Shown: piece by piece, positions 1-10,241 of the stretch
Layout of the letters: every line of letters starts with the position of its first letter
Position numbering within the stretch: position 1 is the first letter of the stretch
Assembly: GCA_965140705.1 (NCBI GenBank)
Contig: OZ223300.1
Location: 1,888,001 to 1,952,000 of the forward strand
DNA length: 64,000 nucleotides
Direction of reading: 5' to 3'
From: an uncultured Arcobacter sp.
GTDB taxonomy: Bacteria; Campylobacterota; Campylobacteria; Campylobacterales; Arcobacteraceae
The notes under the pieces: generated by a model
The model's database searches: none
What the model saw: only the letters and a program-made list of their open reading frames with translations
What the model was told of the DNA's origin: nothing
Position numbers and translations under genes: made by a program

Positions 1-1215
1 CCTAGTAATTTTATATTAGATGAACTAAGTTTAAAATATGTAATTAAAAAAATTGATTCTACTAGTTATATAAAAAATATATCTGAAATATTTGATTACT
101 ATTTCCATATTTCAATAGGTAAAATTGTTATTCTTATATTTATATTTATTATATTTTCTATAATTAACAGAAAAATATTGCCATTCTTTGCAAGTTTATT
201 TAATAAAAAGTTATCAAAAAAAATAAAGACTTTAAATATCTCTATTATAGATATTGTTCCAAGTAGTTTTAGTTTTTCTGTTTCTATTTTAATGTATATT
301 TTTGCTTTACAATTATCTCTTTTTTTACTAATTGATAGTGCAACTATAGTAAATAAACTTGTTCCTTGGTTTTCTACAGTTTATTTAGCACTTCTATCTT
401 ATATGTTTTATAGAATACTAACAAATTATATAAATCTTTCATCTGATAAAATATTTAATGATTATCCAAATATGAGAAAAGAGATGGTAGATTTTATATT
501 AAGAATTTTAAAAATATTAATTCTTATTTGTCTACTTTTATTTTTATTAGTTCAATTAGGTTTTGATATTAAAGCTATTATTGCTTCACTTGGTATTGGT
601 GGTATAGCAGTTGCACTTGCTGCAAAAGATACTCTTACAAACTTTTTTGGGTCATTAAATATTATTACAGATAATTCATTTTCTCAAGGGGATTGGATAG
701 AGGCTGGAAATGTTGAAGGAACTGTTGTTGATATTAGAATGAGAACAACAAGAATAAGAACTTTTGCAAATGCTATGATAACAGTACCCAATGCCCAATT
801 AGCAAATATGTCTATACTTAACTGGTCAAAACGAGTAATAGGAAGAAGAATTATGATGTCAATAGGTATTACTTATGGAAGTAAAATGAGTGATATTGAA
901 AGTCTTGTTGTTGATATTAGAGAGATGTTACAAGAGCATCCATCAATTGCAAGTTCTAAGTTAAATATTGATAAAAAACCTTACTTATTAAAAAAAGAGG
1001 ATTTAATTGGTGTAAAAAATACTACTTTAGTATATATTGATGAATATGCAGCAAGTTCTATTAATATTTTAGTTTACTGCTTTAGTAGAAGTCCAGATTG
1101 GGAAGACTGGCTAGAAACAAAACAAGATGTTATTGTAAAAATTTCACAATTAGTAGCAAAAAACAATTGTTCATTTGCTTTCCCTACTCAAACTATTCAT
1201 TTGGAAAAAGAATAA
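1..1215 (+). CDS. mscS: MscS-family small-conductance mechanosensitive channel (5' end beyond window)
   Basis: Frame is open from base 1. Contains the MscS signature ASLGIGGIAVALAAKDTLTNFFG...GDWI...GTVVDIRMRTT...VPN and C-terminal FAFPTQT. Confidence 0.9.
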   Translation, partial: PSNFILDELSLKYVIKKIDSTSYIKNISEIFDYYFHISIGKIVILIFIFIIFSIINRKILPFFASLFNKKLSKKIKTLNISIIDIVPSSFSFSVSILMYIFALQLSLFLLIDSATIVNKLVPWFSTVYLALLSYMFYRILTNYINLSSDKIFNDYPNMRKEMVDFILRILKILILICLLLFLLVQLGFDIKAIIASLGIGGIAVALAAKDTLTNFFGSLNIITDNSFSQGDWIEAGNVEGTVVDIRMRTTRIRTFANAMITVPNAQLANMSILNWSKRVIGRRIMMSIGITYGSKMSDIESLVVDIREMLQEHPSIASSKLNIDKKPYLLKKEDLIGVKNTTLVYIDEYAASSINILVYCFSRSPDWEDWLETKQDVIVKISQLVAKNNCSFAFPTQTIHLEKE

Positions 1216-1217
1216 TC

Positions 1218-2753
1218 TTGAAAAAAGGACAAATAATTAATTCAAATCTATTTTTTAGCCTCATTGATGAGGCAAATGATATGATTTCAATATATGATAT
1301 GAAAAATTCAAATATTGTATATGCAAACAAAAAGTTTTTAGACACATTAGAATATACAATGGATGAAATCTCAAAATTAGATATTAATGATATAAAAGAA
1401 TCCATTGATGAAAAAGATTGTTTAAATGAAATTATAATTAAAGATAAAATTACAAATTACTCTAACTTTTATTCTAAAAGTAGAAAAAAATTTATTTTAG
1501 AAACAAATATAAAGTACTATACACAAGATGATGTAGAATATATGATATGTATTTCAAGAGACATAACTCAAAAACTTGAAAAAGAACAAAAACTTAAAGC
1601 AGAAATAGAGCAAAATATAATTGAGATGAAAAATCAAGAAAAATTTTTAAATACACTTCTTGATAGTAATCCCACATCAATATTTTACAAAGATAAAAAT
1701 GGTAAATATTTAGGTTGTAATAAAGCTTGGGAAAAATTAACCGGTATAAAAGTAAGTGCAATTATTGGTAAATCTGTTTTTGACATTGCACCACCTGATG
1801 TTGCTAAAACTTATCATGAACAAGATGAAAAAGTATTTAATCTTGAAGAGAATCCCCAAATATATCAGTCAGAAGTTTATAACAAAGAGCAAAATAGTAG
1901 ATTTAAAGTAATATTTTATAAATCAGCATATTTTGATACAAATGATAATGTATTAGGTCTTATAGGTGTTGTTATTGATATTACAGATATAACAAAATTA
2001 GAAGAAGAAAAAAAAGAGAAAGATAAACTTTTATACCATAAGTCAAAAATGGAAGCTATGGGTGAAATGATTGAAAACATTGCTCATCAATGGAGACAAC
2101 CACTATCAACAATGACTACTTCAGCAAGTGGAATAAAATTACAAAAAGATTTTGGTATTTTAACAGATGAAAATCTAACAAAATTTATAAATATAATAGC
2201 TGAAACTTCAAATCACTTATCAAATACTATAGATGATTTTAGAAACTTTTTTAAACAAACAAAAGAAAAAAATAGATTTTATATAGAAAAAGTATTTAAC
2301 AAAACTTTAAACCTTTTATCAGCAAAATTTACAAATGAACATATTAAAATAATTAATGATATACAACATATAGAAATATCATCTTTACAAAATGAACTCA
2401 TTCATGTTATTTTAAATATTTTAAATAATGCTATAGATGCTTTTATTTCTCTTAAAAAAGAGAACTATAAAGATAAGTATATTTTTATAGAATGTTATAA
2501 AAAAGATGATTTTTTAATTATAGAAATTAAAGATAATGCAAAAGGTATTAAAAATGAAATTATAGATAGAATCTTTGAACCATATTTTACAACTAAACAT
2601 CAAAGCCAAGGAACTGGTATTGGTCTATATATGAGCCAAGAGATTGTTTATAAACATTTAAACGGTGAGATAGAAGTAGAAAAAGTAACTTTTGAGTATA
2701 AAGATAAAACTTATGATGGTTCTAAATTTATAATCAAACTACCAATTGAGTAA
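1218..2753 (+). CDS. PAS-domain sensor histidine kinase, apparently cytoplasmic
   Basis: Two PAS-like segments, H-box IAHQWRQPL, G-box GTGIGLY, no obvious TM helix. Start placed at TTG 1218 just after the mscS stop rather than 1098. Confidence 0.85.
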   Translation: MKKGQIINSNLFFSLIDEANDMISIYDMKNSNIVYANKKFLDTLEYTMDEISKLDINDIKESIDEKDCLNEIIIKDKITNYSNFYSKSRKKFILETNIKYYTQDDVEYMICISRDITQKLEKEQKLKAEIEQNIIEMKNQEKFLNTLLDSNPTSIFYKDKNGKYLGCNKAWEKLTGIKVSAIIGKSVFDIAPPDVAKTYHEQDEKVFNLEENPQIYQSEVYNKEQNSRFKVIFYKSAYFDTNDNVLGLIGVVIDITDITKLEEEKKEKDKLLYHKSKMEAMGEMIENIAHQWRQPLSTMTTSASGIKLQKDFGILTDENLTKFINIIAETSNHLSNTIDDFRNFFKQTKEKNRFYIEKVFNKTLNLLSAKFTNEHIKIINDIQHIEISSLQNELIHVILNILNNAIDAFISLKKENYKDKYIFIECYKKDDFLIIEIKDNAKGIKNEIIDRIFEPYFTTKHQSQGTGIGLYMSQEIVYKHLNGEIEVEKVTFEYKDKTYDGSKFIIKLPIE

Positions 2754-2834
2754 AAATTAACATATTAATTTTATTTTATATTATGTTTTTTTTTAATATA
2801 AGATAACTAATTTATAATAAATGGATAACTAATA

Positions 2835-5648
2835 ATGACAGATTCAATAAAAATATATAATGCAAGAGAAAATAACTTAAAAAATATAAACCTAGAAATT
2901 CCAAAAAATAAACTAATAGTTTTTACAGGTCTTAGTGGTTCGGGAAAATCGACTCTAGCTTTTGATACACTTTACGCAGAAGGTCAAAGAAGATATATAG
3001 AATCACTATCTGCTTATGCAAGACAATTCTTAGATAAAGTAGGAAAACCTGATGTTGAAAGAATAGAAGGATTAACCCCAGCAATTGCAATTGACCAAAA
3101 AACAACATCAAAAAATCCAAGATCAACAGTTGGAACTATTACAGAAGTTTATGATTATTTTAGACTTTTATATGCAAGAGTAGGAACGCAACACTGCCAC
3201 AAATGTGGAAAACCTATTTCAAAAATGAGTGCTTCTGATGTAATTGAGCAAGTATTACAATTACCAGATGATTCAAAAATAGTAATTCTAGCACCCTTAG
3301 TAAATAGAAAAAAAGGTTCTTTTGCAGATATGTTAGAGAGTCTTCGTGGAAAAGGTTATGTAAGAGCTATTATTGATGGTGTAATGGTTAGACTTGATGA
3401 AGAGGTTGAACTAGAAAAGAATAAAATGCACACTATCAAAGTAGTAATAGATAGAGTCGTTGTAAAAGCTGAAAATAAAGATAGAATTGCACAAGATGTT
3501 GAAAAAGGTTTAAAAGAGAGTTTTGGAGAACTTGAAATAGAGATTATGAATCATGAAGAAGTAGGAACTGAAAAACATATTCATTACTCTGAACATATGG
3601 CTTGTTTCGATTGTAAAATCTCCTTTGAACCACTTGAACCACTAACTTTTTCTTTTAACTCACCAAAAGGTGCTTGTTCATCTTGTGATGGTCTAGGGAT
3701 TAGATATGCCCTTGATATGAAGAAAGTAATTAATGAAAGCCTAAGTATTGATGATGGAGCCATAAGAGTTATTTATGGTTTTAATAAAGGTTACTATTTT
3801 AAGATGTTAAAAGCCCATTGTGAAGCAGCAGGTATTGATACTTCTGTTCCATTTGATACATTAGAAGAGTATCAAAAAAAATCAATTTTACATGGTGGAG
3901 TTGAAGATGCCGTATTTACTTGGAAAAGACATAAACTAACAAGAAAATGGGAAGGTATAGTTAAAATAGCCTATGACATGATAAAAGATGAAAAAGACTT
4001 AGGTGAATATATGACAGAAAAAGCTTGTAGTGATTGTGGGGGGAATAGATTAAAACCTTCATCTCAAGCTGTAAAAGTAGCAAATAAAACAATTTCAGAA
4101 ATCATAACTTTACCTATTGAAGATGCCTTTAAATTTTTCCATGATGAAAATAACTTCAAATATTTATCTGACCAGTCAAAAATGATTTCAGCTCCTATTT
4201 TAAAAGAGATAAAAGAGAGAATCTTTTTTCTAAATGATGTTGGATTAGGATATATAACTTTAGGAAGAGATGCAAGAACAATTAGTGGTGGAGAAGCACA
4301 AAGAATAAGAGTAGCTTCTCAAATTGGTTCAGGACTTACAGGTGTAATGTATGTATTAGATGAACCATCTATTGGACTACATGAAAGAGATACAAATAAA
4401 CTTATAAAAACACTTAGAGCTTTACAAGAAAAAGGTAATACAGTAATAGTAGTTGAACATGATAAAGAGACAATAGAAGCTGCTGATTATATTGTGGACA
4501 TTGGACCAAATGCTGGAAAATATGGGGGAGAAATTGTATTTGCAGGGACATTAAAACAGATGATGAAAGCAAAAACTTTAACTGCTCAATATGTAACAGG
4601 AAAGAAAAAAATAGATTATGTGCATAATAGACCTCAAGAAAAATTTATTGAAATACAAAATGTAACAATAAATAATATCAAAAACCTTGATGTTCAAATT
4701 CCACTTAAAAATCTATGTGCAATCACGGGAGTAAGTGGAAGTGGAAAATCATCACTTATACTGCAAACTTTACTTCCAGTTGCAAAAGAACTTTTAAACC
4801 ATGCTAGAAAAGTAAATAAAGTAGATGGTGTTTCTATTGAAGGACTTGAAGACCTTGATAAAGTTATTTATCTTGACCAATCACCAATTGGAAGAACACC
4901 AAGAAGTAATCCAGCAACTTATACAGGACTAATGGATGAAATTAGAGTTCTTTTCTCAAAAACAAAAGAGGCACAACTTAGAGGTTATCAAATAGGAAGA
5001 TTTTCATTTAATGTAAAAGGTGGAAGATGTGAAAAATGTCAAGGGGAAGGTGAAATAAAAATAGAGATGCACTTCCTACCAGACATTATGGTTAAATGTG
5101 ATGAATGTCATGGTAAAAGATACAATGCCCAAACATTAGAGATACTATACAAAGGTAAATCAATATCTGATGTATTAAATATGAGTGTTGATGAAGCCTT
5201 TGAATTTTTCAAAAAAGTACCAAAAATATTTGCAAAACTTGAAACTTTGCAAAATGTTGGTTTAGGATATATTACTTTAGGACAAAATGCTGTAACACTT
5301 TCAGGTGGGGAAGCACAAAGAATAAAACTAAGTAAAGAATTAAGTAAAAAAGATACAGGAAATACTCTTTATGTCTTAGATGAACCAACAACAGGTTTAC
5401 ACTTTGCAGATGTTGATAGACTAACAAAAGTATTACATCACCTTGTTGATTTAGGAAACTCAGTACTTGTAATCGAACATAATCTTGATATTATTAAAAA
5501 CTCTGATTGGGTTATAGATATGGGTCCTGAAGGTGGAAGTAAAGGCGGACAAATAGTTGATATGGGAACACCAGAACAAATAGCAAAAAATCATAAAAAA
5601 TCTGGTTCATATACAGGGTATTATTTAGATAAAGAACTCAATTCTTGA
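2835..5648 (+). CDS. uvrA: Excinuclease ABC subunit A
   Basis: Two Walker A motifs (GLSGSGKS, GVSGSGKS), Zn-finger CxxC pairs, SGGEAQR signatures, 937 aa. Confidence 0.98.
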   Translation: MTDSIKIYNARENNLKNINLEIPKNKLIVFTGLSGSGKSTLAFDTLYAEGQRRYIESLSAYARQFLDKVGKPDVERIEGLTPAIAIDQKTTSKNPRSTVGTITEVYDYFRLLYARVGTQHCHKCGKPISKMSASDVIEQVLQLPDDSKIVILAPLVNRKKGSFADMLESLRGKGYVRAIIDGVMVRLDEEVELEKNKMHTIKVVIDRVVVKAENKDRIAQDVEKGLKESFGELEIEIMNHEEVGTEKHIHYSEHMACFDCKISFEPLEPLTFSFNSPKGACSSCDGLGIRYALDMKKVINESLSIDDGAIRVIYGFNKGYYFKMLKAHCEAAGIDTSVPFDTLEEYQKKSILHGGVEDAVFTWKRHKLTRKWEGIVKIAYDMIKDEKDLGEYMTEKACSDCGGNRLKPSSQAVKVANKTISEIITLPIEDAFKFFHDENNFKYLSDQSKMISAPILKEIKERIFFLNDVGLGYITLGRDARTISGGEAQRIRVASQIGSGLTGVMYVLDEPSIGLHERDTNKLIKTLRALQEKGNTVIVVEHDKETIEAADYIVDIGPNAGKYGGEIVFAGTLKQMMKAKTLTAQYVTGKKKIDYVHNRPQEKFIEIQNVTINNIKNLDVQIPLKNLCAITGVSGSGKSSLILQTLLPVAKELLNHARKVNKVDGVSIEGLEDLDKVIYLDQSPIGRTPRSNPATYTGLMDEIRVLFSKTKEAQLRGYQIGRFSFNVKGGRCEKCQGEGEIKIEMHFLPDIMVKCDECHGKRYNAQTLEILYKGKSISDVLNMSVDEAFEFFKKVPKIFAKLETLQNVGLGYITLGQNAVTLSGGEAQRIKLSKELSKKDTGNTLYVLDEPTTGLHFADVDRLTKVLHHLVDLGNSVLVIEHNLDIIKNSDWVIDMGPEGGSKGGQIVDMGTPEQIAKNHKKSGSYTGYYLDKELNS

Positions 5649-5950
5649 GTATAGATGGATTTATAAAAGCAATTGAAGAAGAAAGATTTGTGGAAGCCCA
5701 TGAATTATTGGAAGAAGAGTGGAGATATTACAAACAAATAGAAAATAAATCTAAAGCAAAAGCAGTTCAAGGGCTTATTAATGGAGCTACTGCCTTGGCT
5801 TTATATAGAAAAAAAAGAATTGATGCTTATAAAAGAGTTTGGGAAGTATTTAAAAAATATAATTATTTGTTAGAAGAATTAGATAACAATAAAAAATATT
5901 ATGAAGCAAGTAACTTATTAGAATTAAAAAATAAATCCATAGTTAACTAG
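5645..5950 (+). CDS. DUF309-family protein
   Basis: F.EAHELLEEEW...QGLIN.A.AL pattern. TTG start overlaps the uvrA stop (TTGA). Confidence 0.7.
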   Translation: MSIDGFIKAIEEERFVEAHELLEEEWRYYKQIENKSKAKAVQGLINGATALALYRKKRIDAYKRVWEVFKKYNYLLEELDNNKKYYEASNLLELKNKSIVN

Positions 5951-6305
5951 CTTCATTTTCTTTTGCATTTGAACTTAACATAAATGCTTTTAATCTCATC
6001 ATCTCATCAGTAGGATATTGGGCTTCAAAATCACCCCTTTTTACTTTTACAAAAAAATCCTTTGATTCTTCATTATAGCCAAAACTTAAGTTCGTTAAAG
6101 TCACTTCATTATACGTAGAGAAGTCACCTTTCTTAACTTTATTTGATTTAATTTCTTCTGTTATTTTGTCTTGAACACTTTGAACTTCTTTAGGTTCCTG
6201 GTCATTATCAACTTTTTTACTAGGATTTATTTCATTAACTACTTCAAATTTTTTAATACTATCCATTTGAAATTCATTTAGTGCTGGTATTGGTCCAAAT
6301 TCCAT
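5943..6305 (-). CDS. FlaG-like protein
   Basis: C-terminal LSFGYNEESKDFFVKV...QYPTDEMMRL resembles the FlaG domain. Strong AAGGAGG RBS. Confidence 0.6.
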   Translation of the reverse strand: MEFGPIPALNEFQMDSIKKFEVVNEINPSKKVDNDQEPKEVQSVQDKITEEIKSNKVKKGDFSTYNEVTLTNLSFGYNEESKDFFVKVKRGDFEAQYPTDEMMRLKAFMLSSNAKENEAS

Positions 6306-6345
6306 AATAACCTCCTTTATAAAATCTAGTTATTCTGATACATTT

Positions 6346-6375
6346 ATTATACATCTTTTTTTATATTTTTGTCAA
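6346..6375 (-). promoter_or_regulatory. sigma70-type promoter for the FlaG-like gene
   Basis: Minus strand TTGACA-18 nt-TATAAT, about 40 nt upstream of the start. Confidence 0.5.
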
Positions 6376-6442
6376 ATTTATAGCATTTTTCAAAAAAATT
6401 TGCTATCATACGATGTTAATTATATTAAAAAGGAGCGGTATC

Positions 6443-6508
6443 TTGGAAGATAATTCCCAGAGGAATAACTTAAAATCACAAAACAGTAGGACAATATGGA
6501 ACTTCTAA
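6443..6508 (+). CDS. Candidate 21-aa upstream ORF/leader peptide (MEDNSQRNNLKSQNSRTIWNF)
   Basis: AAGGAG RBS 7 nt before a TTG. Overlaps the CNNM gene start out of frame. Confidence 0.3.
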   Translation: MEDNSQRNNLKSQNSRTIWNF

Positions 6509-7557
6509 TATTACTATTTGTTTTAGTTATCGGTGTTTCATTTTTGTGCTCTGTTTTAGAGTCAATTATTCTTTCGTTAAATGTTTCATATATTTCTGTT
6601 ATAGAAAAAGAAAAACCAAAATCTGGTAAACTTCTAAAAAATCTAAAGCAGGATATAGATAAATCAATTGCATCAATTCTAATCTTAAATACTATTGCAA
6701 ATACACTTGGAGCAACTGCTATTGGTGTACAAGCTAATGATGTATTTGGTGGTGAATCGTCTTTTGTCATTATTGTTTCTATCATTTTGACATTCTTAAT
6801 ACTCTTTGTTGCAGAAATTATTCCTAAAACAATTGGAGCAGTTTACTGGAAACAACTAGCACCTGTTGCAGCAATTCTTATTAGATTTTGTATTTTTATA
6901 ACTTATCCAATAATCATAGTCACTCAATTTGTTACAAAAAAGATTGCCAATGGTGATTTTTCTAGTGATTCAATTTCAAGAGAAGAATTAATTCATTCAA
7001 CTCTTTTAAGTGAAGAAGAAGGTATTATTGGAGATTTAGAATCTGATATTATTGAAAATACTTTAACAATACACAGTATAAAAGTCAAAGAGATTTTGAC
7101 GCCTAGATCGGTAATGTATTCAATTGAAAAAAATACTAAAATAAAAGATATTTTAGATGATAAAAGAACATACAAATTTTCAAGAGTTCCAATATATGAT
7201 GGGACAATTGATAATATGGTAGGTGTTGTTCTCACTAAAAAAATATTTAAACAAGCAATTAGAGATAGTGAAGTTACAATAGATTCTATTATGACACCTG
7301 TTTTTGCCTTAAATGAGAATATCCCAGTTTCAAAAGTATTAAATACTTTTATCAAAAAAAGAGAACATATGTTTGTTGTACTTGATAATTATGATCAAAC
7401 AGAAGGTATAGTTACCCTTGAAGATTGTATTGAAACATTGCTTGGATTAGAGATAATGGATGAATCAGATACAATTGCTGACATGAGAAAACTTGCTTTA
7501 ACAAAAATGAAAAACAAAAGAAAAGAGAGAGAAAAAAGAAGAGCTAATTTAGCTTAG
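6496..7557 (+). CDS. CNNM (DUF21) + CBS-pair protein, HlyC/CorC-type Mg2+/Co2+ transport-associated
   Basis: SFLCSVLES, ILILNTIANT, EIIPKT, TPR, FSRVPIY and GIVTLED motifs. Confidence 0.88.
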   Translation: MELLILLFVLVIGVSFLCSVLESIILSLNVSYISVIEKEKPKSGKLLKNLKQDIDKSIASILILNTIANTLGATAIGVQANDVFGGESSFVIIVSIILTFLILFVAEIIPKTIGAVYWKQLAPVAAILIRFCIFITYPIIIVTQFVTKKIANGDFSSDSISREELIHSTLLSEEEGIIGDLESDIIENTLTIHSIKVKEILTPRSVMYSIEKNTKIKDILDDKRTYKFSRVPIYDGTIDNMVGVVLTKKIFKQAIRDSEVTIDSIMTPVFALNENIPVSKVLNTFIKKREHMFVVLDNYDQTEGIVTLEDCIETLLGLEIMDESDTIADMRKLALTKMKNKRKEREKRRANLA

Positions 7558-8270
7558 CTCTCTTTTGTTTTCTCTTTAGCTGCTGTCTCTTCTTTTAGGG
7601 CTTCAGCAGGACTGTCTCCTAATTCACTAGTTTTATCTTCACTAGATTTTTTATCTTTGTTTAATAGTTCTGCTATTCTTTTATCTACAAGTTCTAAAGT
7701 TTTATCTTGAGTTTGATAAGATATTTCTGGAAGTTTTCCTCCCCAAAGTTTTTCAGCTTCATCAAAACCTTTTACGAGACCTTCTCGTGATTTTTTTAAA
7801 AGCTCAACATCATTATTACTAATACTAAACGCAAAATTTGAAACTCTTTCTGAAGTTTTTGCCACACCAAAAAAACCTTCATCTGAAACTAAATCTTTAG
7901 CTTCATCGGCAGTTAATTGAGTGATTGGCTTTCCATTGTAACCTAAATCTTTAAGATTTAGTCCATTAGAACTTTCTCTACCATCTAAAAAATGGAAAAC
8001 CTCTTTATTATTAAATATATTATGCAACATGTCTTGAGCTTCTGTATTTGTTTGAACAAACTCTAAACTCCTAACTTGTACATAAACAAGCATACTTTGC
8101 ATCGAAATGGATACATTAACTGCTTGATTATTTATATCATTTTCAGAACTATCTTCAACTTTTGGTATGTTTTTATCTGTATTAGTATTTGCATTAACTT
8201 CTGCATTTTGATTCATATTTGAACTATGAGCCATAAATGCATTCATTTGAATACTGTTAATACTATTCAT
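7554..8270 (-). CDS. Conserved hypothetical protein (DUF5610-like)
   Basis: GYNGKPI.QLT.DEAKDLVSDEGFFGV.KTSER...GF.EAEKLWGGKLPEISY.T block. Start set at ATG 8270 after GGAGG. Confidence 0.6.
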   Translation of the reverse strand: MNSINSIQMNAFMAHSSNMNQNAEVNANTNTDKNIPKVEDSSENDINNQAVNVSISMQSMLVYVQVRSLEFVQTNTEAQDMLHNIFNNKEVFHFLDGRESSNGLNLKDLGYNGKPITQLTADEAKDLVSDEGFFGVAKTSERVSNFAFSISNNDVELLKKSREGLVKGFDEAEKLWGGKLPEISYQTQDKTLELVDKRIAELLNKDKKSSEDKTSELGDSPAEALKEETAAKEKTKES

Positions 8271-8406
8271 TACACACCTCCCCATCAATTAATATACCAA
8301 TATTATCTACACATTTCTTAAAAATAGCTTATAAATATTAACAATTAACATAAAAAAACTTAAATTCTATTAATTCTTTTATAATAAACTTACAATATAA
8401 TACAAA

Positions 8407-9033
8407 ATGATAAATAATAGAGAATATTGTTACGATTGTAATAGAGCAAAAATAAGTTGTCTTTGTGGTTTAATTAAGCCTTTTAATACAAATACTAAGT
8501 TTATTTTTTTGATGCATCCAAAAGAGTTTAGAAAAACAAAAAATAATACAGGTAAAATAACTCACCAATCACTTTTAAATAGTAAAATTTTTGTAGGCAT
8601 TGATTTTTCACAGCACAAAGAATTAAATTCTATTATTAATGATACTAATAACTCATGTTATATACTCTATCCTGGAGTGGATTCTATAAACTTAAGTAAA
8701 AGTAATATGAACATTAAAAAACAAAAAGTAATATTTCTTATTGATTCTACTTGGGCTTGTTCTAAAAAGATATTAAAATTAAGTACAAATTTAAGTTCTT
8801 TACCAAAAATAAGTTTTAACTATGAAAATAGTTCTGCTTATGTATTTAAAAAACAACCATCCAATTATTGTCTATCTACAATAGAGTCAACTTTAGTTCT
8901 TTTAAAACTATTAAATAAACACAATGTTGAAAATATAGATAAAAGCTCTTTAGATAATTTTTTAATTCCATTTAAAAAAATGGTAGAATTCCAAGTTACA
9001 AAGTCCCTTGAAAAAAGTATAAGGTATAAGTAA
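8407..9033 (+). CDS. DTW-domain tRNA-uridine aminocarboxypropyltransferase
   Basis: N-terminal CxxC...CxC, HPKE...NTG, LIDSTW and LSTIE motifs. Confidence 0.85.
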   Translation: MINNREYCYDCNRAKISCLCGLIKPFNTNTKFIFLMHPKEFRKTKNNTGKITHQSLLNSKIFVGIDFSQHKELNSIINDTNNSCYILYPGVDSINLSKSNMNIKKQKVIFLIDSTWACSKKILKLSTNLSSLPKISFNYENSSAYVFKKQPSNYCLSTIESTLVLLKLLNKHNVENIDKSSLDNFLIPFKKMVEFQVTKSLEKSIRYK

Positions 9034-10158
9034 TTAAGTAGTTTTAATTATTGAAATATTTTTATTAATATGATTAATATCATTTAAGGTCAAAACAAAT
9101 TTTTCATCCAAAACATTTAACATGAATTTAATCTCAGCATTAGTAAAACCTTCTGCTTCTTTATCTTTTATTTTGATAGTTGTTTCATCAATCTTTACTC
9201 TTTTTAATTGGCCATTTTTGTTTTTAGGATAATAGATTATCCCATAAGTCTTTTGATTTATTTTTTCAATACTTACAATTACTTTATCATCTCGTACTTC
9301 ATAATCATAATCTTTTGCAATTTTTCTAAAATCTTCTATTTTCAAATAACCAATATAGAGTTTTGTATATATATCAAAATATAAATTTAAATCTTTACTA
9401 TTAAAAAAACTCAAATCTACACTAAATCTCTTATTTGATCTAGCTTTATAAAGTATCCATTTTAAAGTTTGGAAATATTTAAAGTTTGAGTGTGAAATTG
9501 TATTTGCTTCAATAAACTTTGGGTCTTTTTTTTCACTAGGAAAAGTAATCCTTTTCTCTTTTTTTCTCTGAATAAGCTCTTTTAGAAAATCTTCATCCTC
9601 AAAATCATTTGTAACCCAAACAGTACAATATGAAGGGAAGTTATTAAGACCTACAGAGCCTTTTGTTAGGACAATCAAAGCCTTTACTTCCAAATAAGGA
9701 AATAAGACTTTTAATAAAGCTTGTTTTTTAAATAATCTTTTATTTAAACTAGCCGTCTTTTTAGAAGTACTCATTTCCACAAAGTATATTTCATTATTTG
9801 TAAAAAAAAGCGCATCAAACTCACTAATATCTTTGTATGAAGCTTTATAAACGATTTGATTGCTATTGTCAATCAATAGCCCACTTTTATTTTGAATTAA
9901 TCCTCTTTTTTGATGTGGACCTTTTAAAATAAATTTTTTTATTTCAGGAGCAGTTTTAGCATATTCTAGAAGTAGTTCATAAATTATATTTTCATAAACT
10001 TCACCTTTAAAACTGCTAAAAAAATGTTCTAGTTCTTCTGTGGGATTTTTAAAATATGCAGATAATCTTTTTATATCATATTTATAGCTAAAAAGATTAT
10101 CTTTAATATTTGTTAGATTTAGATTTTTTACATCATCAGATATTGAAAATTGACTCAC
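9034..10158 (-). CDS. Hypothetical protein with PD-(D/E)XK-like nuclease motifs
   Basis: 374 aa ORF. KGEVYE helix, EFDALFF strand, YFVEMSTSKK strand. Confidence 0.55.
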   Translation of the reverse strand: MSQFSISDDVKNLNLTNIKDNLFSYKYDIKRLSAYFKNPTEELEHFFSSFKGEVYENIIYELLLEYAKTAPEIKKFILKGPHQKRGLIQNKSGLLIDNSNQIVYKASYKDISEFDALFFTNNEIYFVEMSTSKKTASLNKRLFKKQALLKVLFPYLEVKALIVLTKGSVGLNNFPSYCTVWVTNDFEDEDFLKELIQRKKEKRITFPSEKKDPKFIEANTISHSNFKYFQTLKWILYKARSNKRFSVDLSFFNSKDLNLYFDIYTKLYIGYLKIEDFRKIAKDYDYEVRDDKVIVSIEKINQKTYGIIYYPKNKNGQLKRVKIDETTIKIKDKEAEGFTNAEIKFMLNVLDEKFVLTLNDINHINKNISIIKTT

Positions 10159-10241
10159 TACTCTACTTGTTATTTTATTTATATTTATTATAACTAAAGA
10201 GTTCTATTTTATAAATTAAAATATTTGATATTATTATTTTA

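Noticed and set aside
1098..1217. Tracked N-terminal extension of the PAS kinase
   Set aside because: Overlaps mscS by 118 nt and looks non-protein-like. TTG 1218 fits operon spacing better.
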